From assembly GCA_010093705.1 (NCBI GenBank), contig MU006091.1:682001-746000 (forward strand): a stretch of 64,000 nucleotides of DNA, written 5' to 3'. Positions 1 to 13,334 of this stretch are shown here, piece after piece (within the stretch, counting starts at the first letter, position 1; the number at the start of each line of letters is the position of its first letter). This stretch comes from Patellaria atrata CBS 101060. Its lineage: Eukaryota. The position numbers were made by a program, and so were the translations under genes. The notes beneath the pieces are model-generated. The model was not told the origin of the DNA and ran no database searches. It saw only the letters and a list, made by a program, of their open reading frames with translations.

Positions 1-690
1 AGTAGAATCGTTCGAGAACATGACGAACAAGCGACCTTGATCACAATCAAACATTACAGACCCCTCTGAGGGTAACGGCACGACAAACTCCGCACCCTCC
101 AACAAATCGTCGCTCTCGCTGCACAATTTGATAGAATTGTTGTTCAGCATGATCAAATACCCAAGCATGTCTAGACGTGCTTCGATTCCATAATGGAGTC
201 TCAAATCTCGGAGGAGGACAAGCATGAGGTTACTTCAATTGCAAAGTCCTTGCGCGATAAATTTGTAGACGTCTTGAAGGCTGCGTGTCGGGAAGATGAC
301 TCTGTCGAACTGATCTTTCGTGCTCTGGACTTAATGAGCACAACGCTTCTAGATAATACCTATGCTATTCGCCGGAAAGCTGGAAAGATATTAATGCGCG
401 GACGATTCGGATAGTTAACTCATATTGTCTCAGATTGGAATCTCCTCCTAAAACCCACCGTTCAACACCAACGCTACAGCTCTGTCCTTCTGGCTAAGCG
501 CCGCAATCAAACGAACGGTGCTCTCGACGAGTCAAGTACGTAGAAACAGCGTCATATGACTCCAGACAGGTCAGCATCGGCTATGCCGCCACCTTAAATC
601 TCCGCTCAATAAAAACGACGGCAACGTAAAAACCCCTTTTCCGGATATGACGATAAGATTTCGCCATAAAATTGTCGTCGCAAAGTCCAA
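1..690 (+). pseudogene. Possible degenerate coding remnant of unknown family
   Basis: Frame +1 reads as protein-like (includes ORF 193-414, MESQISEEDKHEV...) but is broken by several stops. No family recognised. Confidence 0.2.
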
Positions 691-1868
691 ATCTCTAGGC
701 GTCCCCGAGCTTCAAGCCAACGACCTTTTGAACGATCTTCAACTCTCTGGAACGCTCATATCATGCCCGATGCATCACGCCATGCTTCTTCGATTCTCAT
801 CATTCGTCGTTGGAGGTAAATCGTATGGAACTGGCAAGATCCTGTATGAGGCTGAGAACCAAGCCGCGGTCGTTGGAAGCATGATGCTTGTAATGCAGAA
901 CCAGGTCCGAACTTGTCGGAAGCGGGTCCCTTGAATCACCTCTAGCCTTTTCAATCTACAGTCAAGGCCCTATAATAGAGCTTTGGGTCCATTACAACAT
1001 CTCCATAGACGATGTCCGCTACTAAAACATGAAATTCGTCCAAATTTATCACGCGTCGGCTTTAGATACGGTGATGGCATTCCTGCTGGCAATACTACGT
1101 ATCATGCGATGGGTCAAATCCACAGTTCTGGACAACGTCGCAGAGAAGCTTTCGAAGGTGTGGAAGGAAGCTCAAGATATTGTCACATAATCACTACACG
1201 CCCCACCGCTTCAGATCCATACTGTACTGTATGTTTATGATACCCGACCTTTTGTAGGATAATTCTAAAAAGCCCTATTATTTGATAAGATGAATATCTT
1301 CGAAGTTATTGGAGGTTAAAAAGCCGTATACGGATTAAAGATATAGCCCTATGGAAAAGGAGTGTTTCTACATCTCGAAAGTAATAATGTTCAAGGTCAA
1401 AACTTTTTGCAGTCCGTTTACTCCCGTCCGTGTATTAAACAAGGTAACCCCGTTTTAAGCCCTCTTACGCAGCCCCTACCTACCTCATTCCATAGTTTTA
1501 TGATCCGTACCTTAGAATCCGTGATACAATTTCGTACTTTGGAATTATAAAGTAATATACCCCTATTTATCTGGATTCTCCTTTCTCCTTTCTCCTTCTA
1601 CTCTCTATACCACAGTACTACTATGGAGCTAGAACCTGGCACAGACGGGAGGAAAATAGTTACAAAAGCCGTTAAAAAAAATTTGGCATCGGATATCCAA
1701 GGTCAGTACAGTCATGTCAAAGGATTTTCATATCCGAGCGTATACGTACAAGAGTCAAAACATACGACGTCAAAGGGGTAGTAAAAGTTCATCTATCAAA
1801 TTAGATATATCATTAGAAGACTATATTCCGGATCTCAGATCCAAGTCGCCTGCTCCTGGCCTCTCTTC

Positions 1869-3524
1869 TCAAGGCGCCAAATCCAACCTCACGTCGCCAT
1901 CCGCCTGCCCATGAAACCGTTTCGTCAACAGCGATTCTGTGCACGGTAGCGATATAGGGACAGGTTTGATCTCCAGCAAAAGGGGGCGACCCGTTAGTGC
2001 GGCCCTACCGTTGGTACTCCTATAATAGCTACTGCTGTCAATGCCATTCGAAAAACCACTTTCAGAAGACTCGAAAGTAGAGTCCCCGTAGCTCGAGTAT
2101 GTGAAAGGAGAGGACATCGCCAGACCCTGTTCTCTCTCGAAGCGTCTGCGTGTCAGTTCTATGGAGTCAGGAGAAGTCCTAACCGTCCATGGCTCAGACG
2201 ATGCCGATTCGAAACTCAAGTCAGTTAGAGAACGTCGCTCAAAGTGGTCGCGCTGGACTCCACTAAAAGAGTCAAAATGCAACACATCGTTTAGATATGG
2301 TCGTCCGCTTGTAGAGGGGGTAGAGTCCAAGGAGATCATTCCCTTCGAGGAGACAAGAGATGCACGCTGGGACTGCAATCCCTCAATCATATCTCTCAAC
2401 TCGCCCATGCCTTCAGCGCCAAGATCAAAGATCTGACCATCTCGTACATTATTTCCTTCCGGCCGTGTTGGGGCCTGGGAGGCCATTTCAGCATCCTCTT
2501 CTGCCTTTCTTCGTTTTTTTTCTTTCTCCTCCAGTAATTGCTTGATCAGCCGCTCTAAGTCGGCTTTCTTCTCATTCCACATCACCACTTCTGTCACAGC
2601 TTCTTCGTCGATGTACACACTACCCCAGTACTTCGCCACCTCCTCCTTTTCTTTCCTCTCGTTGGTTATGGCATTTTTCGCTCTCAACTGTCGATCGTGC
2701 TCGATAGCTGCGGCGAATCCCCATGGAGTCCCGGAGTAATCATAGGAGTAATCGAGCGGGTACTCACCATCCGCGCAGGAAAATCCTGGAATCACACCGC
2801 GGTTCGGGTCAACGCAGCAGCACGGCAATATGACAGTGCCACCCTTGCACAAGCAACGTGTGTCTAGCACTGACGTTGCCTGTAGTAAATTATTAAGCGC
2901 TTTGTATCCAGCAAACTCACCTTGTTGCTGGGACTTGGAATGGACCCTACGTCTCAGCGTTCCGCTGCGGGGCCACATAGGCATACCGACATGAAGACAC
3001 GGCTCTTGCAACACATTCTGCGGGATCGTCTCACGCAAACCCGCAGATACTTCCGCAGACGTCATAGGCGCCAGTGGTACGTTCACCGGATGCGAATTCA
3101 GCGGTCCGTTAGGGGCTCGATATCCATCATCCTTACTCCTTGATTCCGTTATCTCAATTAGCGACGAGCACGCGGATGAAGTGTTGGATTCAGCACTTAC
3201 GCTACTCCTTCGCTTTGCGGCGCGAGTGGCCAATTCGCGCAGCTTGCTGCGAAGGTGCTGGCCTGGTGGCGTTTGAGTCCATGGCGTGTGGGATATCTCA
3301 AGGGGATGCGGCTGCGGGTTGCGGCGCTGGCTGAGCATGTTCCACCAACTCCGAGATCGTCGGTGTGGAGGTCTGGTTGTCTGTGCATGTGCCATGGCAG
3401 CTTGTCGCTCCTTTTCGTCCTCGTCTCTGTGACAGTGAGGACGTAAGGGAGCAGGGCGAGGCTTGAGGAATGCGTTGTTGCTTGTGCGGCGGCTTGATTG
3501 TGGACGGACTTTGTTGATGCTCAT
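1869..3524 (-). CDS. Hypothetical protein, 551 aa, with Ser/Arg-rich disordered termini and a central charged coiled-coil-like segment
   Basis: Long intronless ORF, ATG in AAAAATG context. No recognised domain. Confidence 0.7.
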   Translation of the reverse strand: MSINKVRPQSSRRTSNNAFLKPRPAPLRPHCHRDEDEKERQAAMAHAQTTRPPHRRSRSWWNMLSQRRNPQPHPLEISHTPWTQTPPGQHLRSKLRELATRAAKRRSSVSAESNTSSACSSLIEITESRSKDDGYRAPNGPLNSHPVNVPLAPMTSAEVSAGLRETIPQNVLQEPCLHVGMPMWPRSGTLRRRVHSKSQQQGEFAGYKALNNLLQATSVLDTRCLCKGGTVILPCCCVDPNRGVIPGFSCADGEYPLDYSYDYSGTPWGFAAAIEHDRQLRAKNAITNERKEKEEVAKYWGSVYIDEEAVTEVVMWNEKKADLERLIKQLLEEKEKKRRKAEEDAEMASQAPTRPEGNNVRDGQIFDLGAEGMGELRDMIEGLQSQRASLVSSKGMISLDSTPSTSGRPYLNDVLHFDSFSGVQRDHFERRSLTDLSFESASSEPWTVRTSPDSIELTRRRFEREQGLAMSSPFTYSSYGDSTFESSESGFSNGIDSSSYYRSTNGRAALTGRPLLLEIKPVPISLPCTESLLTKRFHGQADGDVRLDLAP

Positions 3525-5390
3525 TTTTGATCCGATGTTTGGTCGTCCGATTTAATTCTATAGAAATATAGGGAGAAAGAAACTTTTGAAACAAGAAGTT
3601 AGTTTTGATCGTCTATAGTATAGAGGTAGGTAAGAGGATATCCTGTATCGTTACTCTGCCTAGAAACTTGTGCGAGCGTGAGGCTCCATAGTGGTAGCGG
3701 TCAACTGGCCTATTTGTACATTACAGTTTTCGATCGGGGTTCCATACACAATGTTGCTAAAGACGTTGGAGGGGCTCATAACCCTTTGTCGATGTAAAGA
3801 CTATACAACGTAGGTCATTGTGTAGGGGACGTCAAATTCCTTTGTAGGGACGGATGTTACCGCTGTGAAGTGTCGTAAGACACAATGTAGCGTGAAGGTC
3901 AAATGTATGTAGTATTGTAGATACGTTTGCGATTTGACATAATATCAATGGCCGCTGGATTTGTGAGTGAACTGAATGTTGCAAAGGAAAGGGAAACGCG
4001 AATTGAATGTCACTTATTATGAAGACGACATCTAACTTGAATCTCTGTTGTGTAATGAAGGATATGCGACGAGTTACTGCGTACTTCTTTCTATTTTGCG
4101 ATCACGACGCGACAGATTTCTGGCATACTTTTGTCCATAAGGCCAAAGAACTAAAAACATGCAATGATAGACAGTATGCAAGTTCAACAACAGCATGAAG
4201 CCTAACATCATATTAAGGTGATAATAGAACAAAGGAAGAAAAAAAGAAATAAAAATTGGAAGGGAAAATCCCGGCAAGATCTTAGAAACCAGGCGAACTG
4301 ATTTTCAGTGGCGAATTCATGATATAAACGATGTTTAACAGATTCAGTTTCCCTAAACTCAGATGAGTGTCCTTAAGCAGCCATAACCGGCGAATGAACC
4401 CTCGTACCAGGGAGCAACGCAGGAGGTTGACTTGAGCAAGTACCGCTACTACTGCACCAAGGTGTCTTGAAATTCAAGAAAAACGGGAGCGACTTTTCAC
4501 TGATAAGGTGCAAGGGAGAAGGGGGAACGGGGAAAGTGTGGCAATCATGTTTATCTTGATTTGACTCTCGATGTCTCTAACTACCCCCAATCGCATACGG
4601 AATTTGGAAGGATAAACGGAAACTCAATGGAACTGGGAAACAACACAACATATTCACAGCTCAACTCAAGAGGTTTACTCTATTATACGCCCGCTTTCAA
4701 CATGCTTTTGACTTCCTGTAGGAAATCGTCGAACACATATGGATAACCCTCTGACCGTATGTGGGCCTTGACATTACATAAATAGGATTTACTGAATACT
4801 ACGGAATCATAGGAAGTGATATTGAGTTTCCAAAAACTAAGAGAACGTAAACCGTACTTGGTGGAGTAATTAACTGAGCGGTCACTAATGAGCTAAATCA
4901 CCGAGATCTTTTTGTTCATAGTGTACGATAACTGAATGCAACAAGGGAACGGAGCACAACCTTATCGGCCTTTCGATACGTCTTTCTACGGAGAGCTAGA
5001 TTGAGGCTATAGAATATTTAGAATAGTAAGGGAATAGAGGCCAGCGTATCACGGACTATAATAAAGAGACGTGCGAAGTAAGTCGGACTTGGATATCATA
5101 AAGGGGAGGAACTAGCTCTTCTAAAGTACTTTATCAAGTTCACGTCTTAAATGAAAGTCTTTTTGCAGGCGGATTAGATACATATCTACTGCGCCATAAC
5201 AATTTCCAGCCCAATATTGTGTCTACGGAGGTCTGATGTCGTCAATAGAAAGTTGTGTCCACCAGGGTCTGCGAAGCGATCCAGATCTTCAACTCTTGAC
5301 CTCACATCTCCACCACACGGCGAAACTCGCCATAAACCATAGAGTACTATCCACATAACCCTCCTACTACCCCTCTAAGGTACAGAGAAG

Positions 5391-7095
<1,705 letters not shown>

Positions 7096-7475
7096 GTTCG
7101 GAATGCGTGGTGCAAGCTTGATATCCTGAAGTCTGCATTAAGGGATGAGGAACCAATGATACATAGCAAGGCGTTGGGAGCATTTGAGGCGTTTGGGAAA
7201 AGAGAGTATCATAAGATTATTCATCAGTCGATGAGGATTGGGCTTCCCGTTGGATACGTTATTACATCCGCAACGGTGGCGTACTATATCTAGATATGTA
7301 CAGTATAGTCATGAAGCAGAGTAGAATTGTCCCTGCCGCTATTGAACAAAGAACACTTAGTCATGATCATCCATCCATCCATCAACCAACGCCTAAAATA
7401 ACCACTCGTGGAAGCATATAAATAGAGTAATCCCAGCATGCTTCAAGCTTCCCCCTTCTTTACTCATTCCTCGCC

Positions 7476-9088
7476 CTAAAACTCTCCACCACTTCCACCT
7501 CCAAACGCAGCCGCACCCCAAACACCCACCAATCCCCAAAACCCCACTCTCCATCCCCTCCACAACCCATGGACCCCCTGCCCTTTCCTCATCTTCGGCG
7601 GTAAGCCTCTCAACCTCGCTGCTTGAACACTTTTACTCGAGGTCGCCGGCGTCACCGCACTCGTGCCCTCTTCCCTTACCACAAACCAGGCCGTACCCCA
7701 GATGCCCTTATATGGGCCTGGTTCGACCAAAAACCGGAGCTCTTGAGGACGGGCAGCAGTTCGTATGGATGCGTAGAGTTGTTGTTGGTGCTGTTGTTGG
7801 AGCACTGAGACTTGCGCCCTGCGGAGAATGGTTTCGAGGGGCAGCTTGAGGAAGAGTTCAGCGGTGGAAGAGAGAAAAGAAGAGATAGAGTAAGTAGCGG
7901 GTGTTAGAAGGGGATCGATGCGAAAGGAGGAGCGCAGGATAAGGGGGGTAGAGGTGTTGACAAGGGTGGGGAGACAGGAGTGGAGAAGGGTGATGGGAAG
8001 GAGTTCGCTTGGGACGATTAAAGAGGGTAGAGCACGTAGAGAGGGAAGGATCGCGCGCGGTGGACTTGATGTAGAGGTTAAGATGAGACTGGGCTAATGT
8101 TAGCTTCATGCCGTTGTTTCGGGGAGTGGTTAAAGAAACGTACCGTGTGCGGATGAGATCGATTGGGGCAAGGATAAGGGCGGCAATCCCGGATGCAGTT
8201 ATTGCTACACCCAGACTTGTGAGGGGACTCGAGGAGTCTATGACATCCAATCCGCCAATTCCGGGTCCTGGATGTGATATGAACGATGCAGGATCTGGGA
8301 TATTTAGGAGAGCTGATAGTAGACTCCGCGTCCAGCTCTCAATCGTTTTGAGTAGGACATTGTAGACAAAGGTTGAATTGGTCCCTTTCCATAGGCCCCA
8401 CGCGCTCTCTTTAACCCAGAGCTGCGATATCACTTCTAGTAGAGAGTCATGACGTCGTAGGTCTAGCTTATGTGATGCGGAGACGGATGCAGGAGTGGGT
8501 GTGGAGGAGTGAGAACGACTAGGAGTATGTTTTCTTCTCTCTGGCGAGTGGTTGGGAGGGGGGGAGAAAGCAGCATTACGCGGTGCGGTAGAAGTGAAAT
8601 ATGACGGCTCGTTATCTGAATCATCAGACAGATACTATACAATGAACATATGAGTATCCATCCTATTTCTAATCTTGGAAAAGACTTACCTCGTCAAACC
8701 GTCCCTCTCTATAGCTATCTCCATATCCTCTAGGTGTAGATGATGGTGTTGGCTTTGTAGCTTGGGTTTTATCACTAGCTATATGGACCTGTAGTATTAT
8801 CTTCGCAACCTCGAACGGTTGAGCAAGCAGCACGCTTGTATAATTCCATATTGCCTGATCCATCAATTTCTTAGCCATACCGGCAACGGAAGGCGAGCCA
8901 TCAGGTATATAGTCCCCATAGTCCAAGTCAGACAATATATCGCGTGCTGATGATCGAAAATTCGATTGAGGTCCTTTCTGCGGGTTATGAGTGCGTGCGG
9001 TATTGTGGGCGGGTTCTGGTTGGAGACCTATGGATGGAGGCTTGTAATAAGGACGTAGAGGGTTTGGAGCATCCATAGAAGAAGCCAT
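7476..9088 (-). CDS. UGO1: Mitochondrial outer-membrane fusion protein Ugo1 (carrier-like), about 3 exons
   Basis: PNPLRPYY N-terminus, QPFEVAKIILQV and APIDLIRTR carrier-type motifs, GLWKGTNSTF, GLWRGWRVGFWGLVGVW C-terminus. Canonical introns near 8640-8690 and 8090-8142. Confidence 0.88.
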
Positions 9089-9355
9089 TCTGAAGCTTCA
9101 AGAAGGATGATGTGAGAGCTATGGGTGTTCAAAGTGGGTGGTTGATTTTTCACAAAAGGATGATGTCCTGCTTGCAACCAGCACCAGTGCATCGACCAAT
9201 CGTTGCCGTCTGGATCTGAAGCTTCCCAAGTCACTTTTGACATTTTTATCACCGACCGCCGCCTGTGCCGCATAAGCTTACGATATAAGACAAAGACCTG
9301 TCTTACTCCTCTAGTTCTTTAAGACCCATTGATCTATCTATACCAATCTTTCAAA

Positions 9356-10147
9356 ATGTCTATCTGCAAGCCGTGCTTGCGATCGCTCCTCTCACGAAGC
9401 TCGGTGATGTCCTGTTGGCGATACCATCCTCAACTAAATAAACCCGAGTCCGCCATAATAAAACAAAACAACACTCCATTACAGTCAAGAAAGAGCCTGG
9501 AAACAACGAGATGGGCAGCACATTATCTTCCAGCGCGAAGACGCTTCTCTACCACTCCCACTGTGCAGCATGGCCATCTTACTCCCCCTAAACCTGGTGA
9601 AGAGTAAGCAAGCAATGAGCCCACTCCTAGAATATCTCTTCAGATAAGGAAGGCGTAATATAAGGTCATCAGGGCTGATGCAAGTGCTATCACAGACGTC
9701 ATGTCACCTTCATCGACAAAGACGGCAAAACCGAACAAACCTTTGTCTGCGCAGACGGCGATAACCTCCTGGACCTCGCGCAAGCCAATGATATAGATCT
9801 AGAAGGTATCTCTTTCCCTTCTACTATATCTCTTCTCCGTCCCATCTCCGCCAGATTTCCTCCCAATAACCCTCACTGACCTATACCCAGGGGCTTGCGG
9901 CGGCTCTTGCGCCTGCAGCACCTGCCACCTGATCGTGCAGCAACCCGAGCTATACGACCTCATTCCCGAACCTGACGACGACGAAAACGACATGCTGGAC
10001 ATGGCCTTCGGATGCACTGAGACTTCCCGTTTAGGCTGCCAGGTTAAGATGGCGCCCGAGCTTGACGGACTGAGGGTACGGCTGCCGAGTCATACGCGGA
10101 ATATCGAAGCGGAGACGTTCAAGAGTAGGGGTGCGGGTGCGGGATAG
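9356..10147 (+). CDS. YAH1: Mitochondrial 2Fe-2S ferredoxin (adrenodoxin-like), 3 exons
   Basis: Arg/Ser-rich presequence, spliced EGACGGSCACSTCH motif, ENDMLDMAFG...SRLGCQV. Confidence 0.93.
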
Positions 10148-10580
10148 GAGTGTAGTTTGTTTTTCCCGTGGTCAGGGAGTCGTGAGGGTTCGTGTATCAT
10201 ATATCGGTGAAGGTCTTGCAGATATGGCGGTCTTCTGTACTTGGGTGGTCTTTGTTGATATGATCCTTCCATCGCGGGGATAGGTTGTTTATATGGTTCG
10301 ACGAATAATCATTATAATCACCCCTCAAACTTCTGGTGGTCCATAATATGGCAATATAATACGCTCCAGTACAGAAACTAGTCCCCGTATTCACTAATCA
10401 ATCGAGCTGTATAAAGGAGCCAAAACTGTACAGCTGTCTGAATATTAAATGATATTATCTGGTCGATTAAATATCCTAGAAACAAAATTATTCCGAAGGT
10501 AGCCAGATAATCACCTCCAGATCAGGCCGCATCGTATCGACCAAGCCCAAAAGAGACTACTGTACAATCAATATGTCAAA

Positions 10581-12626
10581 TCACCACCCACGACCCCTCC
10601 CACGTCCTCCACGCCCTCCACGACCGTATCCCTGATTCTGCTGCCATCCGCCCCGATTGTTCCCACCAAAATTCGCGTTTCCGCCACCACCGTACCCGCC
10701 GTGAGGTCCTCCTTGCTGAGGTGGCTGCTGCCACTGCCCTGGACTCATGTTGGGATTGCTTTGCCCCATATTCGAGTTTGGGTATTGGGACTGGGGCCAG
10801 GGCATACCCTGACGAAACAGCTCCGCGAACTGTTGGAAGTTGATCGCCTGTTGATTCATGTCTTGCGTATGTGGTGGCATGAATCCAGGATGACCCACTG
10901 GCGGTGGAGGAGGGGGTGGGAAGGGCATCCCAGCACCAGCTGCCGGGAATTGGGGGTTAAATGAGCCGGGGAATTGAGAATTTGGGGGGTTTACCATAGA
11001 ATTTGGAGCGTGGTGTTGATTGGAAATACTCGGAAAGTTGCCATAGCTCGGCCACGAAGGTGGTTGTGGTGGCATTGAAGATGGTGGAGGAGGTACCGAA
11101 GGTGGTGGAGGTGGTATCGAAGGTGGATGAGCTGGGAAATCCGCCTGTTGCGAGCTACGGCGAGGGATTGATTCTGATTGGGGTGGTAGAGGGCCTGAGG
11201 ATGGACGGAATGGAGAGTCTGAATGTCCATTTGAGTGATGTTTGTACGGAGATGGACTGCTTCTTCGATACCTTGGTGGAGTTTTTGAGCGAGACCGGCT
11301 CCTGTAACGTCTTGGGGATCTAGACCTCGATCTGTACTTCCTAGGAGATCTAGAGCGCGAACCCCTACTAGAGTACGAGCGGGATCGCGAGCGGCTGGCA
11401 TACCCGCGAAGACTTCTGCTGCGGCTCCTGCTGAGACTCCTGCTGTCATACCTCCGCCTCTTACGAGGACTAGACATTCTACTCCTGCTCCGACTTAGAC
11501 TACGCGAGTAACTACGGTCCCTCTCCCTAGAGATTGAGCGACCGCGGTCTTTTGGAGGGCCTCCTCGTCTGAGTCGTTTCATTTGTTCACAAAATCGAGT
11601 TGACCAGCCATAATATGTATCTGAAACCACCATATCCCCAACTCCTTCGTCTTTGACCAGTGGTTGGCCTATGTTGTCGATGTCTACAATACCTCTTTCG
11701 CTCGCATCACATTCCCCGTAGATATATTCCGCATCCTGAAGAAGTTTCTTGACAGCATCTACAAGCTCTTCATCCGCAGGACCTGCTTTAAGCTGTAATG
11801 GTCTGACGTCTCTCGGATCAATTGGCCGAGATGATCTTGGGATAATGTGTGGTATAAGGTTGCCTGCCGGGAGATCATACCACGGTGTAGAGTAATCTCC
11901 ATGGGTTTTCGGCAGAAACCACGGAGTGTCTCTGTTGGTATCCTCTGGCACCTTACCATGAGCGACAATAATATCTGGATTATATTTAGCGCTAGCAGCA
12001 CCAAGGGATCCTGCAAGTTCCATTCTCTCACGAAGTTTATCAATGAATTGTTTGTCATAGTAACCATTGTCCTTCCATAAGGTCATGAGCTGGCTAAGCT
12101 TCCCATGCAGTTTACGGTTGGTTTCAAGCTTATATGATGCAGATAATTCGACTAGGCTCAGCAGATGTGACTCTAAGCGGTTCGTGAGAATAGTCTGTAT
12201 CTCGGAATTGGATTCATGGTATTTAGTGTGGTGGAGAAGGTCGTTTAGGATATAAAGAATGTGAAGACGCTTCTTTCTAGAAGATACTGGGGCTGATCTA
12301 CTAGAAACCCTAGGATCATCTGCAGAGGATTTGGATAAGGCTGTAAGGAATTTAAGGATGGCTTCGAGCCTCCCTTCAGAGACCGCATATTTCAATAACC
12401 AGTCTTTGCAACGCTAATTAATCGAAGAATTTTAGCTATCAAGTCAAGATTCATTCATGGATATATGTCGCCAAACCTGGACGTCTTCGCGGGAGCATCG
12501 CGCCACGGCTTGATCTAATGAGGTGAGGAATTGGCTGAGATCATCTTTAGATACTGGTGTTGTCTTGGAATCAGAACGCAAGAAAGCTGCAGTCAGGGCC
12601 GCTTTTGGAACGACGAGTCCATCCAT
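10581..12626 (-). CDS. Putative CTD-interacting (CID) domain RNA-processing protein with RS repeats, a Pro-rich region and an RGG tail, 2 exons (intron about 12414-12476)
   Basis: KRLHILYILNDLLHH CID-like helix, extensive RS dipeptides, C-terminal RGG. Intron has a GTTTGG donor and TAG acceptor. Confidence 0.8.
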
Positions 12627-12800
12627 CGTGATAAATTGGATGTGCGAAAGTTGGACACGACGGATGAGAGTGTGAGATACGCGACAACTTTGGAAGTCGA
12701 CGATGTCTTACGCAAAAGAGACTATGAGCTGACTAAGCGGTGCGTAGCCGAGTCCCGTGACGCGGGAGTACATAAGGCCGGGGACGGAACGACTAAGGAC

Positions 12801-12887
12801 CTCCTCAAACCTCCACTCTCTGCAATATAAACAATCATAATGCTCCTCAAACTTTCACTCTCTGCAATATAAACAATCATAATGCTC
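12801..12887. repeat. 42-bp tandem duplication (2 copies, 2 mismatches) in a divergent intergenic region
   Basis: ctcctcaaacctccactctctgcaatataaacaatcataatg followed by ctcctcaaactttcactctctgcaatataaacaatcataatg. Confidence 0.92.
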
Positions 12888-13334
12888 TTCATTTGAATCA
12901 CTTAGAACTACTGACTATTGTCTCAAAAGTCTAGTGGCTGATAGTATACTGGTTGAGCACCCGCATTGCTAATACGTAAGATCGTGTTCTCGAGTTTCTA
13001 TTCACGACTCGTTGCCCAAGAAACCGACAATGTGACAAGAACTTCCCTGGGGAGAAGAACAATAGCAAACAGATTGTTACTAGTAATATACCCGACATTT
13101 ATCCTATTGAAACCCAAATCGAGGCATCATTGATTTTGTGATGCTCCATCATCAATGCAATACATGTGCTAAAGCTGTGATTATCTTTATTTTATCAATA
13201 TGATGCCGCAGTCAATCGTTAGTCTTTCTCTGTCTTTCTTTAGGTTTAAATTCTTGGGAATTCTCAATCTTTTTCCGCAGTTCTGTCGACTGCTACATTC
13301 GTTCAATTTCATGCTGTCATACAAAGTTACAAAC

